Assembly (NCBI GenBank): GCA_000746765.1
Contig: JOSY01000006.1
Location: 21,603-85,602, forward strand
Reading direction: 5' to 3'
DNA: 64,000 nucleotides
Source of the DNA: Marine Group I thaumarchaeote SCGC AAA799-D11
Lineage (GTDB): Archaea; Thermoproteota; Nitrososphaeria; Nitrososphaerales; Nitrosopumilaceae
Every line of letters starts with the position of its first letter. The first letter of the stretch is position 1. The notes under the pieces are model-generated. The model ran no database searches. It was not told the origin of the DNA and saw only the letters and a list, made by a program, of their open reading frames with translations. Both the position numbers and the translations under genes were made by a program. Positions 40,487 through 49,006 of this stretch are shown piece by piece.

Positions 40487-40602
40487 CACGATATTGGAAG
40501 CTGGATAATACATTGCAAATAACTAGATATTGGCAATTGTTTATCCCCTGACCAAGATGACCTATTCCACAGAAGGATAATCAGTCTAGCTTCCAATACG
40601 TG
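40487..40602. ncRNA. Candidate structured ncRNA or DNA element (multi-branch fold)
   Basis: Outer arms cacgatattggaagctgga / tctagcttccaatacgtg enclose two inner hairpins (attgcaaata..tattggcaat; ttatcc..ggataa). Confidence 0.4.
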
Positions 40603-40710
40603 ATTAATTATAATATGCAAAATTAGATTTAATCAATATCAGAGTATTTGCTCATTTTCAAATCAGAAAAACACGGAATTGTTTTTAGTAGATCATATTT
40701 TCTCAAGAAT

Positions 40711-40737
40711 AAAAGTTGGGCAAAATTTAGCCCAACT
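40711..40737 (-). terminator. GC-rich hairpin followed by a T-run on the minus strand
   Basis: agttgggc-aaaattta-gcccaact; the minus strand continues with TTT. Confidence 0.4.
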
Positions 40738-41147
40738 CGGAAACGCTATGGTCTGGTACATACTTGATGAAATGACTCCTTTCAACAGTATGTCAGAATT
40801 ATACTAAATTTACTTAAAACACTCACTGATGAATCGTTCATGCAAATCATCAGTGTTTCCTAAATACTATTTTAGAAAATATAATACAGTTGGAATTGTC
40901 ACCAAGCAACTAATCGTTGTTGGTCTTAAGTTTCAATTATCAAAAATTAGTCATTCAAAGAATAGTAATTAATTCAACATCATAACACCGTCAAAGGGAT
41001 TTGTGATATTAGTTTAACACCCCGCCATTATTTTTTATAAAATATTTGCACCCAGAGTATTGAACCAATACGATAAATCTCTATGAGAGAATCAACTGTC
41101 AAATTTTAACCCATTTACAAAATAAATGTGATGAATCATGTTCATTC

Positions 41148-41699
41148 ATGCTTGTCTCTATCTTTGACAAGTGGAACATAATGTCAGAAATAGACATTGC
41201 TAACGACAAGGCCCTTCTAAAACAGCCATCACTGTTTCCAATAATAACGACAGACAAGGTGCGATACTATGATGGAGATCCAATCATAATTTCAGGATAT
41301 GTAACATATCCGAATCCAAGTCTTCCTGTACAGTTACAGGTTTTTGACTCAAAAGGAGATCTGGCAGGCATTGCACAATCCAAAATCCAGTCAGACGGAA
41401 AGTTTTCTGTTATTCTAAATGCAGGTGGTCCAAAATGGGAATCAAGTGGCCAGTATGAGATTCGAGCGCAACATGACGATCATATTTTTTCTATAAATTT
41501 TGAATATGAAAAAAATATTCAAAGTATTGGCATTACATCATCTGACACGATGAATCTACAAGAAGAAAACAAGAGATTACGACAGCAAGTATCCAGTCTG
41601 CACATACAAGTACAAACACTGGAAGATAAAATAGATAATCTTAACCAGATAATTCAAGAACAGATCAACGTAATCTATCAATGGGTTACTGCCAGATGA
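41148..41699 (+). CDS. Hypothetical protein, Ig-like domain plus C-terminal coiled coil
   Basis: TDK..Y..GD.I.ISG.V, DG.F...G..W...G.Y; heptad-rich tail. Confidence 0.7.
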   Translation: MLVSIFDKWNIMSEIDIANDKALLKQPSLFPIITTDKVRYYDGDPIIISGYVTYPNPSLPVQLQVFDSKGDLAGIAQSKIQSDGKFSVILNAGGPKWESSGQYEIRAQHDDHIFSINFEYEKNIQSIGITSSDTMNLQEENKRLRQQVSSLHIQVQTLEDKIDNLNQIIQEQINVIYQWVTAR

Positions 41700-41723
41700 G
41701 TCAGGGGAATTTTTTATTGATAA

Positions 41724-41858
41724 ATGTCTGAAATCAACAACACAAAATACCCAATCATGGTAATACTTGTATTTTTAGGAATGACTGGGATTATGTTATT
41801 GACAGGTTCTATTGTATTTTTCCTAAATCAAATATCTGGAAAGTTGCAGTTGAACTAG
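41724..41858 (+). CDS. Single-TM microprotein (44 aa)
   Basis: MSEINNTKYPIMVILVFLGMTGIMLLTGSIVFFLNQISGKLQLN. Confidence 0.5.
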   Translation: MSEINNTKYPIMVILVFLGMTGIMLLTGSIVFFLNQISGKLQLN

Positions 41859-42141
41859 ATCTGATTCACCATCATTTTATTTACAGATAAGAAATGTAGT
41901 TGTTATAGATGTTAATAGTAAAACACAAAAAAAGTCTCAAATAAGAAACAAAACTCTGGTTTTCGTCAAATGTTATGTCTTCAAAACAACTATTCTGGTT
42001 TAGCCTCATACTGTGGTTTGTAACAACCAAAAAACATAGCTAAATTTTATCTGACGGTTTATCTGACGATAAAAAACTGCATCTTGACGAAATAATCCTT
42101 ATTTTGGCAACATGTTGATAATTATTTGTTAGCGACTAATT

Positions 42142-42555
42142 CTAGTTTTTAAAATAGTTTGACACGCCAATAAATCCAGAATGTCTGTTGATTTTAATGG
42201 CCTCAAACAAAGTCTTGGCATCTGATAATCTTAGTTTGTCACTTATCATGAACCATTCGTCTTCCAATCTTCTTTCCTCACTCCTTCTATCTTCCACAAA
42301 TTTTTTCAGTCCTTGCTTATTTTTTTTATTCTTTTTTGTATTTTTAAATAAACTAAAAATCGCCCTAACTGCATTGCTTACTTCCTCTGGCCCACTAGTG
42401 ATTTCAGATTTTTCTACCTCCAATGAGTGTAGCAGTATCTCTTTTGTTATTTGACGTAAATTACTAATGGCATTTTCATTGGCCTTTTTTGCAGTTTGAT
42501 AATTGGAATTAATTTCAGCTATTACGTTGAGTATGATGTCTCTGGATTTATTCAT
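42142..42555 (-). CDS. Hypothetical protein
   Basis: 137-aa ORF coupled to the upstream gene (TAATG overlap). Confidence 0.6.
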   Translation of the reverse strand: MNKSRDIILNVIAEINSNYQTAKKANENAISNLRQITKEILLHSLEVEKSEITSGPEEVSNAVRAIFSLFKNTKKNKKNKQGLKKFVEDRRSEERRLEDEWFMISDKLRLSDAKTLFEAIKINRHSGFIGVSNYFKN

Positions 42556-43850
42556 TATTCTTTCAAATGATCTTTCATAATGGAAATCAATTCATCTATA
42601 ATTGAAGTTAACTTGGAATTTTTGCTGTCTTGCTTTTGGTACCATATTTCAAACCTCTCAAGAATCAAAATTATTGCTGGATAAATCTCATAATCCTCAC
42701 CTTTAGAATTCAAAATCTTGTGAAATGGTACAAGTGCCCTGATATTTCCAGCATTTTCTGCTGATTTGATCGTTTCAGAAATAAATTCATCCATGATATT
42801 GGCTATCCCCTCTAGTTTGTCATTTTGTTTTTTTGTTGCCTGGGTGGATTTTTCATCAAAATTACGACTTAACTCATTTAAGGAATCCAAATGCGCAAAT
42901 TGCGCTTTTGATATGGACTCTGTTGCATTTTTCGTGATTGTTTTGATTTGGTTTAATGAAAATTCAGTCATTGTTCTGACTGATGCCTTTAATTCTGTCT
43001 CCTGATCTTTTAGGGTCTTGGTTGTTGATTCAAGTTTCTTTATACGTAGTTCTTTTGATTCTATTTTCTTATCAAGCAAAACATTCTGAGTTGTTTTCTC
43101 ATCAATGACTTCATTTATTTTCTCTAGTTCTTTCTTCTTTGTAATTATTTGAGATTCATATTTCTCTGATTCTGCAAGGTAGTCTGTGATCTTGGAATTA
43201 TCCCAGTCACTTTTCTCTGCAGTTTTCAGCATCTTTGCCAATTTTGGAACATCATCTATTGATATGTCATATTTTTCAAGCTCCTGTAGTGTTTGCTCAA
43301 AATCAGATATTTTCTCCAAAGTTACTTTGTTTTGCTCTAGTATAGATGTGGTTTCTCTTTTTGCATTTGCCCGATTTTCTTCTAATAATTGAACTTGTTT
43401 TTCAAGTTCTTGTTTTTTATTCAAAAGATCGTTACAATATTTTTGCAGTTCCTCTGGAGTCATTTCTGACGATTTTAAAAATTCCACAAATTCTTTTGTG
43501 TGTAAAATTAATTCAGATGCAGTGAGATTACTGTCTTTGTATGGGATGAATACATCTCTGAGAAATTCCGGTAGTTTGTCTGGATCAGTACCAATTTTGT
43601 TTGCCAAATTTACAATATGAAACCCCTTTATGGAATCAACCAGACTCATGTCGTGTTCTCTTAGTGTACGGGTATATCGAGTCAGAGCCTCAAAATTTGC
43701 CTCGCCAATCTCCTTTGAGAACTGAGACAGTATCGAACTCACAGCACCTGCACTTATGCCTGCATTCTCTGCATTTTCGTCCCTAGTCAAGCCTAACAGA
43801 TGATTCTTTTTTACCTGGTTCCTTGTTTCAGGAGAAATGATCTTAGGCAT
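42555..43850 (-). CDS. N-terminal HTH plus long coiled-coil protein
   Basis: GLTRDENAENAGISAGAVSSIL HTH; extensive heptads; AGGAGG SD upstream. Confidence 0.75.
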   Translation of the reverse strand: MPKIISPETRNQVKKNHLLGLTRDENAENAGISAGAVSSILSQFSKEIGEANFEALTRYTRTLREHDMSLVDSIKGFHIVNLANKIGTDPDKLPEFLRDVFIPYKDSNLTASELILHTKEFVEFLKSSEMTPEELQKYCNDLLNKKQELEKQVQLLEENRANAKRETTSILEQNKVTLEKISDFEQTLQELEKYDISIDDVPKLAKMLKTAEKSDWDNSKITDYLAESEKYESQIITKKKELEKINEVIDEKTTQNVLLDKKIESKELRIKKLESTTKTLKDQETELKASVRTMTEFSLNQIKTITKNATESISKAQFAHLDSLNELSRNFDEKSTQATKKQNDKLEGIANIMDEFISETIKSAENAGNIRALVPFHKILNSKGEDYEIYPAIILILERFEIWYQKQDSKNSKLTSIIDELISIMKDHLKE

Positions 43851-43880
43851 GTATTTTTTCCTCCTTATCTATAGATGATT

Positions 43881-44039
43881 TCATTGTGTTATCCTCTCTT
43901 CGGATATGAGAAATTTTTGGTCTTCTTTTTTGTAGCATGCTTCACAGATTTTTAGTGTGTAATTTCCTGTTATCTTGCACGAAAAAGTCAGTCTGAATTT
44001 TTTTGCAGGATGTGTGCACTCAAGTTTCAATTCAATCAT
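43881..44039 (-). CDS. Small putative zinc-binding protein (52 aa)
   Basis: MIELKLECTHPAKKFRLTFSCKITGNYTLKICEACYKKEDQKFLISEERITQ. Confidence 0.55.
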   Translation of the reverse strand: MIELKLECTHPAKKFRLTFSCKITGNYTLKICEACYKKEDQKFLISEERITQ

Positions 44040-44138
44040 GTATATTGTTACAAAAAAAATATATCAGAACTTTGCTGCAGTGTTTTCCAACCTTTTGATA
44101 GTTAGATTAAAAAAGTAAGTTCTTGTTATTCAAGTATT

Positions 44139-45183
44139 ATGTTGTATGAGGATTTTGAATATGAGGTTTTGAAAAAGATGAGTGCTGCAGAAAAAAACAG
44201 ATCGAAAAAAATAATCTTGTATGTATTCAAACATCCGTTTTGCTCATTTTCTGAAATTCTAAATGATGGAAATATTACAAAAAACAGGGAAGATCTAATG
44301 CGTGATGTAGACTCTGATTAGTTTTGGATGTGTGGAAAAAATTTCGTTTCTTCAACGATATTATGCATGTGCTATAACAAAAGAATGGGAATACAAAATA
44401 AAATTTCTTAAAAACATGGATGAAATGATGTACATTATAAGAAAAAACCCAAGAATCAGAGATACGATACTTGGCGGTGAAATTAAAAAATCCTCAAATG
44501 AGAAATACAGTGTTACAAAACTCTTGAAGATATGTGATGACTTGGTGGACTGTACTGGTAAATTTGATAATATTCTAGTTTTGCTTGTAGGAAACTTTCT
44601 ACAAAAATGTAAGATAATTGAAATTCAAAGCAAAAAAGATCATTTTTTTATCGATAGAAAATCTATGGAGGATATTGATAAGTTGGCAAACCTCATCAAG
44701 GCATTTTTAGAGGTTCAAGAATATTTTGAGCAAAATGTTTATCCTGATTCTGCTTTATTTGATAAACTAGTATCAAATCTAATCCAGAACTATGATCTGG
44801 ATAAAAAATACCTTGGTACATTTAATTCATCCAGGCGATATTCTCTTAAAAAAAGAATTGAAATATGGAATAATTATCTGTATTTGGATGATGTCTATGA
44901 GGTACGAGAAAAACATGGCATTCCAAGTAACAAGGCAGTAAAAAATATTTTAAAACCCATTCAAGACATACGGGGCCGACCAGACCTGATGAAAATACAT
45001 GAATTATTTATGATGGAAAATAATCATGCAATGACCCCTAATGTTTTAATTCAAGAGATTGCATTGTTGATTATACGATACAAACTACGTGAGGAACTAA
45101 AAAAATACATTCCACACAGCAAAAAATACAAAAAACTCGTTCATACAATAAAAAAAGAACTGCCAGGTTTACTAATTACTTGA
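44139..45183 (+). pseudogene. Winged-helix domain protein split by a frameshift at ~44312-44318
   Basis: ...KIILYVFKHPFCSFSEIL...REDLMRDVD then, in another frame, LISFGCVEKISF...; joined, this gives a wHTH-like N-terminus. Confidence 0.55.
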
Positions 45184-46420
45184 TCTTGTAATTCTGCATT
45201 CTTGATACCTTTGCCTCAAGTTCTGCCATTCTCTGAAGAAGCATGTCTTTTTTCTTTAGTTCATTTTCCAGTATGAAACCTTCCATGGTTTTCTTTTTCA
45301 ATTTCTCACTTAGGCGATATTCTTCATTAATCATCAACTCTGGCATTGCCTCTAGATATTCGGGTACGTGTTCCAATATGTCCGTCCAGAAATAGTTCTT
45401 GTCAGTCTTTACCAGGCCATAATGGCCCAGCAGCCTCTCCTTGATTACAAGTGCAGACAATGTACCCTTTGTTGATTCTGTCTGCATCATGACTTTGTCC
45501 CAATATCTTCTGAATCCGTGTGTTGTTGGAACCTCGTGTCTTCTTTTTCCCTCGGTAAGGGGACCGCGCAACCCTGATGTTAGTAGAAGATCACTTATTC
45601 TCTTCTTTATTGTCTTGCTCCCAACTGGTTTCTGACTAGAGACTCTATTCAGAAGCAGATGGTCTGACCCTGTTGGTACTCTTGACATCTTTTTGGTCCA
45701 GACTTTTTTGTATTCCTGAAGTTTTTCCCATGCCTCTATGGATATCAAAGCCGTGTATTGCTCTGGCGTTTTTTTGTAGATTATCATTCCAGCACACACC
45801 ACATTTCCTTTCTCTCCGTCTTTGAGTTCTATTTTGTATTTTCCGTCAACCTCATAGATTGGAAACACATTTTCCCATCTCTGATCATTCCAGGCACCAA
45901 GTCTCATGCCACCCGAACTTGATGCAAGAATGATAAATTCAGTGTCAATGCGCGTGGAATACTCCAACAGTTTCTTAATTTCTTTTTTGGTGTAGCCTCT
46001 TCCCTGATGCGTGTTGTTTTTTTCTGGATAAAACGTGTAGACTCTTTTCCATGCCAGCCCAACATCGTTCATTGTCAGTAATTTCTTGATTGGTTTTATC
46101 TTGTTTGGAAGGTATGATGGATTCATGTAGTAAGGATCTGACTTGTCTAGTGAAGTTCTCTCCCGTAGTTTTTTCACATATGCAATTATTATGTTAGTTG
46201 CCTTTGTCTGGTCTCGGCTTGCAAGTGTCACAAACTGTTCTGCCCGCTCTTCAAAGTCACCTTGCAGCAAATCAGCACACACATCTACCAAAAAATATCT
46301 CAGCAGTCTTTGCAGTGTTTCTTTTGTTGACTGTGACTTTATTCCAGAATAAAACAACTCTAACACATTTTCCTGTTTTATAGTGATATCCTGTGCAGTG
46401 AGCTTGAACTTTGGATTCAT
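45176..46420 (-). CDS. Tyrosine recombinase / integrase
   Basis: SGGMRLG (catalytic R), YKKTPEQY, HGFRR (HxxR), LLGH, DKNY (catalytic Y); next to att/tRNA. Confidence 0.92.
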   Translation of the reverse strand: MNPKFKLTAQDITIKQENVLELFYSGIKSQSTKETLQRLLRYFLVDVCADLLQGDFEERAEQFVTLASRDQTKATNIIIAYVKKLRERTSLDKSDPYYMNPSYLPNKIKPIKKLLTMNDVGLAWKRVYTFYPEKNNTHQGRGYTKKEIKKLLEYSTRIDTEFIILASSSGGMRLGAWNDQRWENVFPIYEVDGKYKIELKDGEKGNVVCAGMIIYKKTPEQYTALISIEAWEKLQEYKKVWTKKMSRVPTGSDHLLLNRVSSQKPVGSKTIKKRISDLLLTSGLRGPLTEGKRRHEVPTTHGFRRYWDKVMMQTESTKGTLSALVIKERLLGHYGLVKTDKNYFWTDILEHVPEYLEAMPELMINEEYRLSEKLKKKTMEGFILENELKKKDMLLQRMAELEAKVSRMQNYKIK

Positions 46421-46482
46421 TACTCTATCTCTCCTACATTACACTTTAGGACGCTGATATTTGATATTACGACCCTCATGTT

Positions 46483-46498
46483 TTGAATCCCAGAAAAG
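46483..46498. repeat. Right sub-terminal inverted repeat
   Basis: ttgaatcccagaaaag, 14/16 inverted match to 33245-33260. Confidence 0.65.
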
Positions 46499-46512
46499 AT
46501 ACAAGGGGGAAG

Positions 46513-46586
46513 CGGGTCTAAAGGGATTCGGACCCTTGACAACCGGATTAAAAGTCCGGTGCGCTACCTGGCTGCGCCATAGACCC
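46513..46586 (-). tRNA. tRNA-Lys(TTT), integration target
   Basis: Reverse complement GGGTCTA...CCGGA-CTTTTAA-TCCGG...AAGGG-TCCGAAT-CCCTT-TAGACCC-G. Confidence 0.93.
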
Positions 46587-46682
46587 TCACGAAAAATGCT
46601 TTACGTGTATAATTTAGTCTTTTACAAAATTTATTGTTGTGACAGAAACTTTTAATCTGGCAATTTGATTCATTGAACTTGT

Positions 46683-46760
46683 GCCCTTGTAGTATAGCCC
46701 GGTCTAGAATTCGGCCCTGTCACGGCTGAGACGCGTGTTCAAATCCCGCCGAGGGCGCCA
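46683..46760 (+). tRNA. tRNA-Asp(GTC), CCA encoded
   Basis: GCCCTTG/CGAGGGC acceptor, CGGCC-CTGTCAC-GGCTG anticodon arm, TTCAAAT, GCCA end. Confidence 0.93.
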
Positions 46761-46885
46761 TTATTTTCATTTATTCATTTGAAAATCAGTTTCAAACCGA
46801 TCAAAATTGTTTTTTCGTAATTTTTAGTTCTAAAACTAATGATTTGTAGTTTTTGTCACAAGAATATTAAAATTCAGGCAAATTT

Positions 46886-47653
46886 GTGATTATTTTGTTG
46901 TCTGAAGAGAAAAAAGAATCTGAAGTAGAAGCAAAACCTACTGAAGATTCTAAATCAGAGAAACCATCAACTGAAGATACTGCAAAAGCAGAAGCTGCAG
47001 AAAAAGCAGAAGCTGCAGAAAAAGCAGAAGCAGCAGCAAAAGCGGCAGAAGAAGCAAAATCTTCTGATGCAATTGCAAAAGCAGAAGCAGCAGCAAAAGC
47101 GGCAGAAGAAGCTGAAATTGCAGCAAAAGAGGCTCTTGCAAAAGCTGAAGCTGCAAAAGCAGAAGCTGAAGCTGCAGCTGAAGAGGAATACAAGGCAATT
47201 GCAGCTGAAGTAAAAGCTGAAGCTGCAAAAGCGCCTGATTATACCTTTAAGCGACAAGGTGAGGAAATATTTCGACGTGAAATGGGAGAACCTGAATTTT
47301 GGTTAGAGAAAGAGGATCGTTTCCCACGACCAATTCTTACTGCAGAACAACAAGAATCACTTACATTAAAAGCAGAAACTCCTCAAGATCAAACTCCTGC
47401 ATATAATCCTGAACATGTACTTAGTCCAGAATTTGGAGGAATGTCCAACTATGAAAGAGGTGTAGGTGAAATTCTAGAAGTTGCAAAATTAAAACTAGAA
47501 ACATTACAGAATAATCCTGATGCAACTGAAAAAGAAATTAAAGATGCCGAAGATGAAATTACTTATTTGGAATCATTACATGAAAATTACTTTATTGGTA
47601 TGAATGTATTTAGAACAGCTCATGGTGGAAGAAACAAAATAACAGCTAAATGA
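46886..47653 (+). CDS. Hypothetical protein with Ala/Glu/Lys-rich low-complexity N-terminus
   Basis: AEAAEKAEAAAK repeats then a globular C-terminal region; start may be TTG 46898. Confidence 0.75.
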   Translation: MIILLSEEKKESEVEAKPTEDSKSEKPSTEDTAKAEAAEKAEAAEKAEAAAKAAEEAKSSDAIAKAEAAAKAAEEAEIAAKEALAKAEAAKAEAEAAAEEEYKAIAAEVKAEAAKAPDYTFKRQGEEIFRREMGEPEFWLEKEDRFPRPILTAEQQESLTLKAETPQDQTPAYNPEHVLSPEFGGMSNYERGVGEILEVAKLKLETLQNNPDATEKEIKDAEDEITYLESLHENYFIGMNVFRTAHGGRNKITAK

Positions 47654-47665
47654 GGATGATGTGAT

Positions 47666-48742
47666 TTGGGTAACGTAAGTTTTGATGTGATGAATACACG
47701 AGTTACTTTCAAAAATGTACCAATCCATTCTTTATCAAAATTTGAATTCAAAGATGTTCCTGCAGCATGTGAAGAATTCAAAAAAATCCCTGGTGTTGAT
47801 GAATGTATTATTATTCAAACTGCCAGTAGAGTTGAAATATTTACAGTAAGTAATGTCGAAGATGAAGATTCTCCTGATGCAAGAAGAGATGAAGCAAAAG
47901 GCCTTGTCTTAAACCAAATCAAAGATACTTGGGTATCGCTATCTTCTTTAGAACAAATAGATATTGATCATTTTGATCAAACAATTGAAGTTTACAAAGG
48001 AAATGATGTCTATCTTCATTTGCTACGTTTAGCTGCAGGACTTGATTCTTTTGTTGTAGGTAAGAGAGAAGTATACGATGAAATTGTTCAATCTCTTGAA
48101 AAAGCAAAACAAGCAGGAACTTCAGGCAAAATTCTAAACAAACTATTTGATAGTGTCATTAGATTAGCCACAAAAATGAGAGCTGCTACTGGAATTGAGA
48201 AAGATGTTGTCTCTCTTGGTGATACTGCAGTAAAATTAGTTGATGAAAAAGCAGGTTTAGATGCCAAAAAGAAAGTTCTGTTGTTGGGAACTGGTGAATC
48301 TGCAGCACAAGTTGCAAAGACTCTCAATAAAAAAGAGATTCAATATGATGTTGCAAGCAGAACTATTGATAGAGCTACTGGATTCTCAACAGTAGTGGGT
48401 GGAAATCCTGTAAACTTTGAAGATGCACTGGCAGGTTTAGACAAATACGATATTGTTTTTGTTGCAACAACTGCAGATTACTTTATCATTACTCATGAAA
48501 GAATTCGATTAGTCATGGAAGAAAAGAAGAAAGGTACTCTTATCATGGATGTTTCAGAACCAAGAGCTGTAAATGAAGATATCACATCTCTTCCAGGAAT
48601 CAAATTATTATTTAGAGATCAAATTGCAGAAATTTATGATGAAAGTGTCAAAGCCAGAAAGGGTATTGTTCCTGCAGTTGAAAAAATAATAGACAAAGAG
48701 TTACCTGTATTATCAATTAGGATGCAAAAATTAGAAAATTAA
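47666..48742 (+). CDS. Glutamyl-tRNA reductase-like protein with degenerate active site
   Basis: HemA architecture (HLLRLAAGLDSFVVG, LGTGES, D+..PR) but QTASRVE in place of STCNR.E. Confidence 0.8.
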   Translation: MGNVSFDVMNTRVTFKNVPIHSLSKFEFKDVPAACEEFKKIPGVDECIIIQTASRVEIFTVSNVEDEDSPDARRDEAKGLVLNQIKDTWVSLSSLEQIDIDHFDQTIEVYKGNDVYLHLLRLAAGLDSFVVGKREVYDEIVQSLEKAKQAGTSGKILNKLFDSVIRLATKMRAATGIEKDVVSLGDTAVKLVDEKAGLDAKKKVLLLGTGESAAQVAKTLNKKEIQYDVASRTIDRATGFSTVVGGNPVNFEDALAGLDKYDIVFVATTADYFIITHERIRLVMEEKKKGTLIMDVSEPRAVNEDITSLPGIKLLFRDQIAEIYDESVKARKGIVPAVEKIIDKELPVLSIRMQKLEN

Positions 48743-48747
48743 TTTTC

Positions 48748-48915
48748 TTAAAGACCTTGTTTTCTTAATAGAAACTGCATAATGGCCTCTTTAGAGTAAT
48801 CAATTCCATGTTCTTCTTCAGTGTGATTTCTAAAGTTTTCAATAACTTCTTCCATTTCTCCATCAGCAACAAAATTACATTCAAAACCGTAATCTCTACA
48901 CTTTAGCTCTGCCAT
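48748..48915 (-). CDS. DUF1059-like small metal-binding protein (55 aa)
   Basis: MAELKCRDYGFECNFVADGEMEEVIENFRNHTEEEHG... Confidence 0.8.
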   Translation of the reverse strand: MAELKCRDYGFECNFVADGEMEEVIENFRNHTEEEHGIDYSKEAIMQFLLRKQGL

Positions 48916-49006
48916 GCTTTTGAAAAAAAAGCCTCACTATAAAAATCCACAGGTAGTAACCATATGGGGATAACAGATCTTGAAAATAGAATTTGAAGTC
49001 TATCTT

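Larger units (their letters stand above)
33211..46526. mobile_element. Integrated element (~13.3 kb) inserted in the tRNA-Lys(TTT) 3' end
   Basis: 16-bp direct repeat agcgggtctaaaggga at 33211-33226 and 46511-46526; tyrosine integrase next to the tRNA; accessory gene content. Confidence 0.92.

Noticed and set aside
33211-46526. Provirus call for the integrated element
   Set aside because: No recognisable capsid, terminase, packaging ATPase or polymerase
46461-46655. 64-aa ORF
   Set aside because: Spans tRNA-Lys and the att site; not a plausible CDS
46867-47257. Cys/Phe-rich, Leu/Gln-rich and Ala/Ser-rich antisense ORFs
   Set aside because: Artefacts of the GCA/GAA/AAA low-complexity repeat of the plus-strand gene, not metallothioneins
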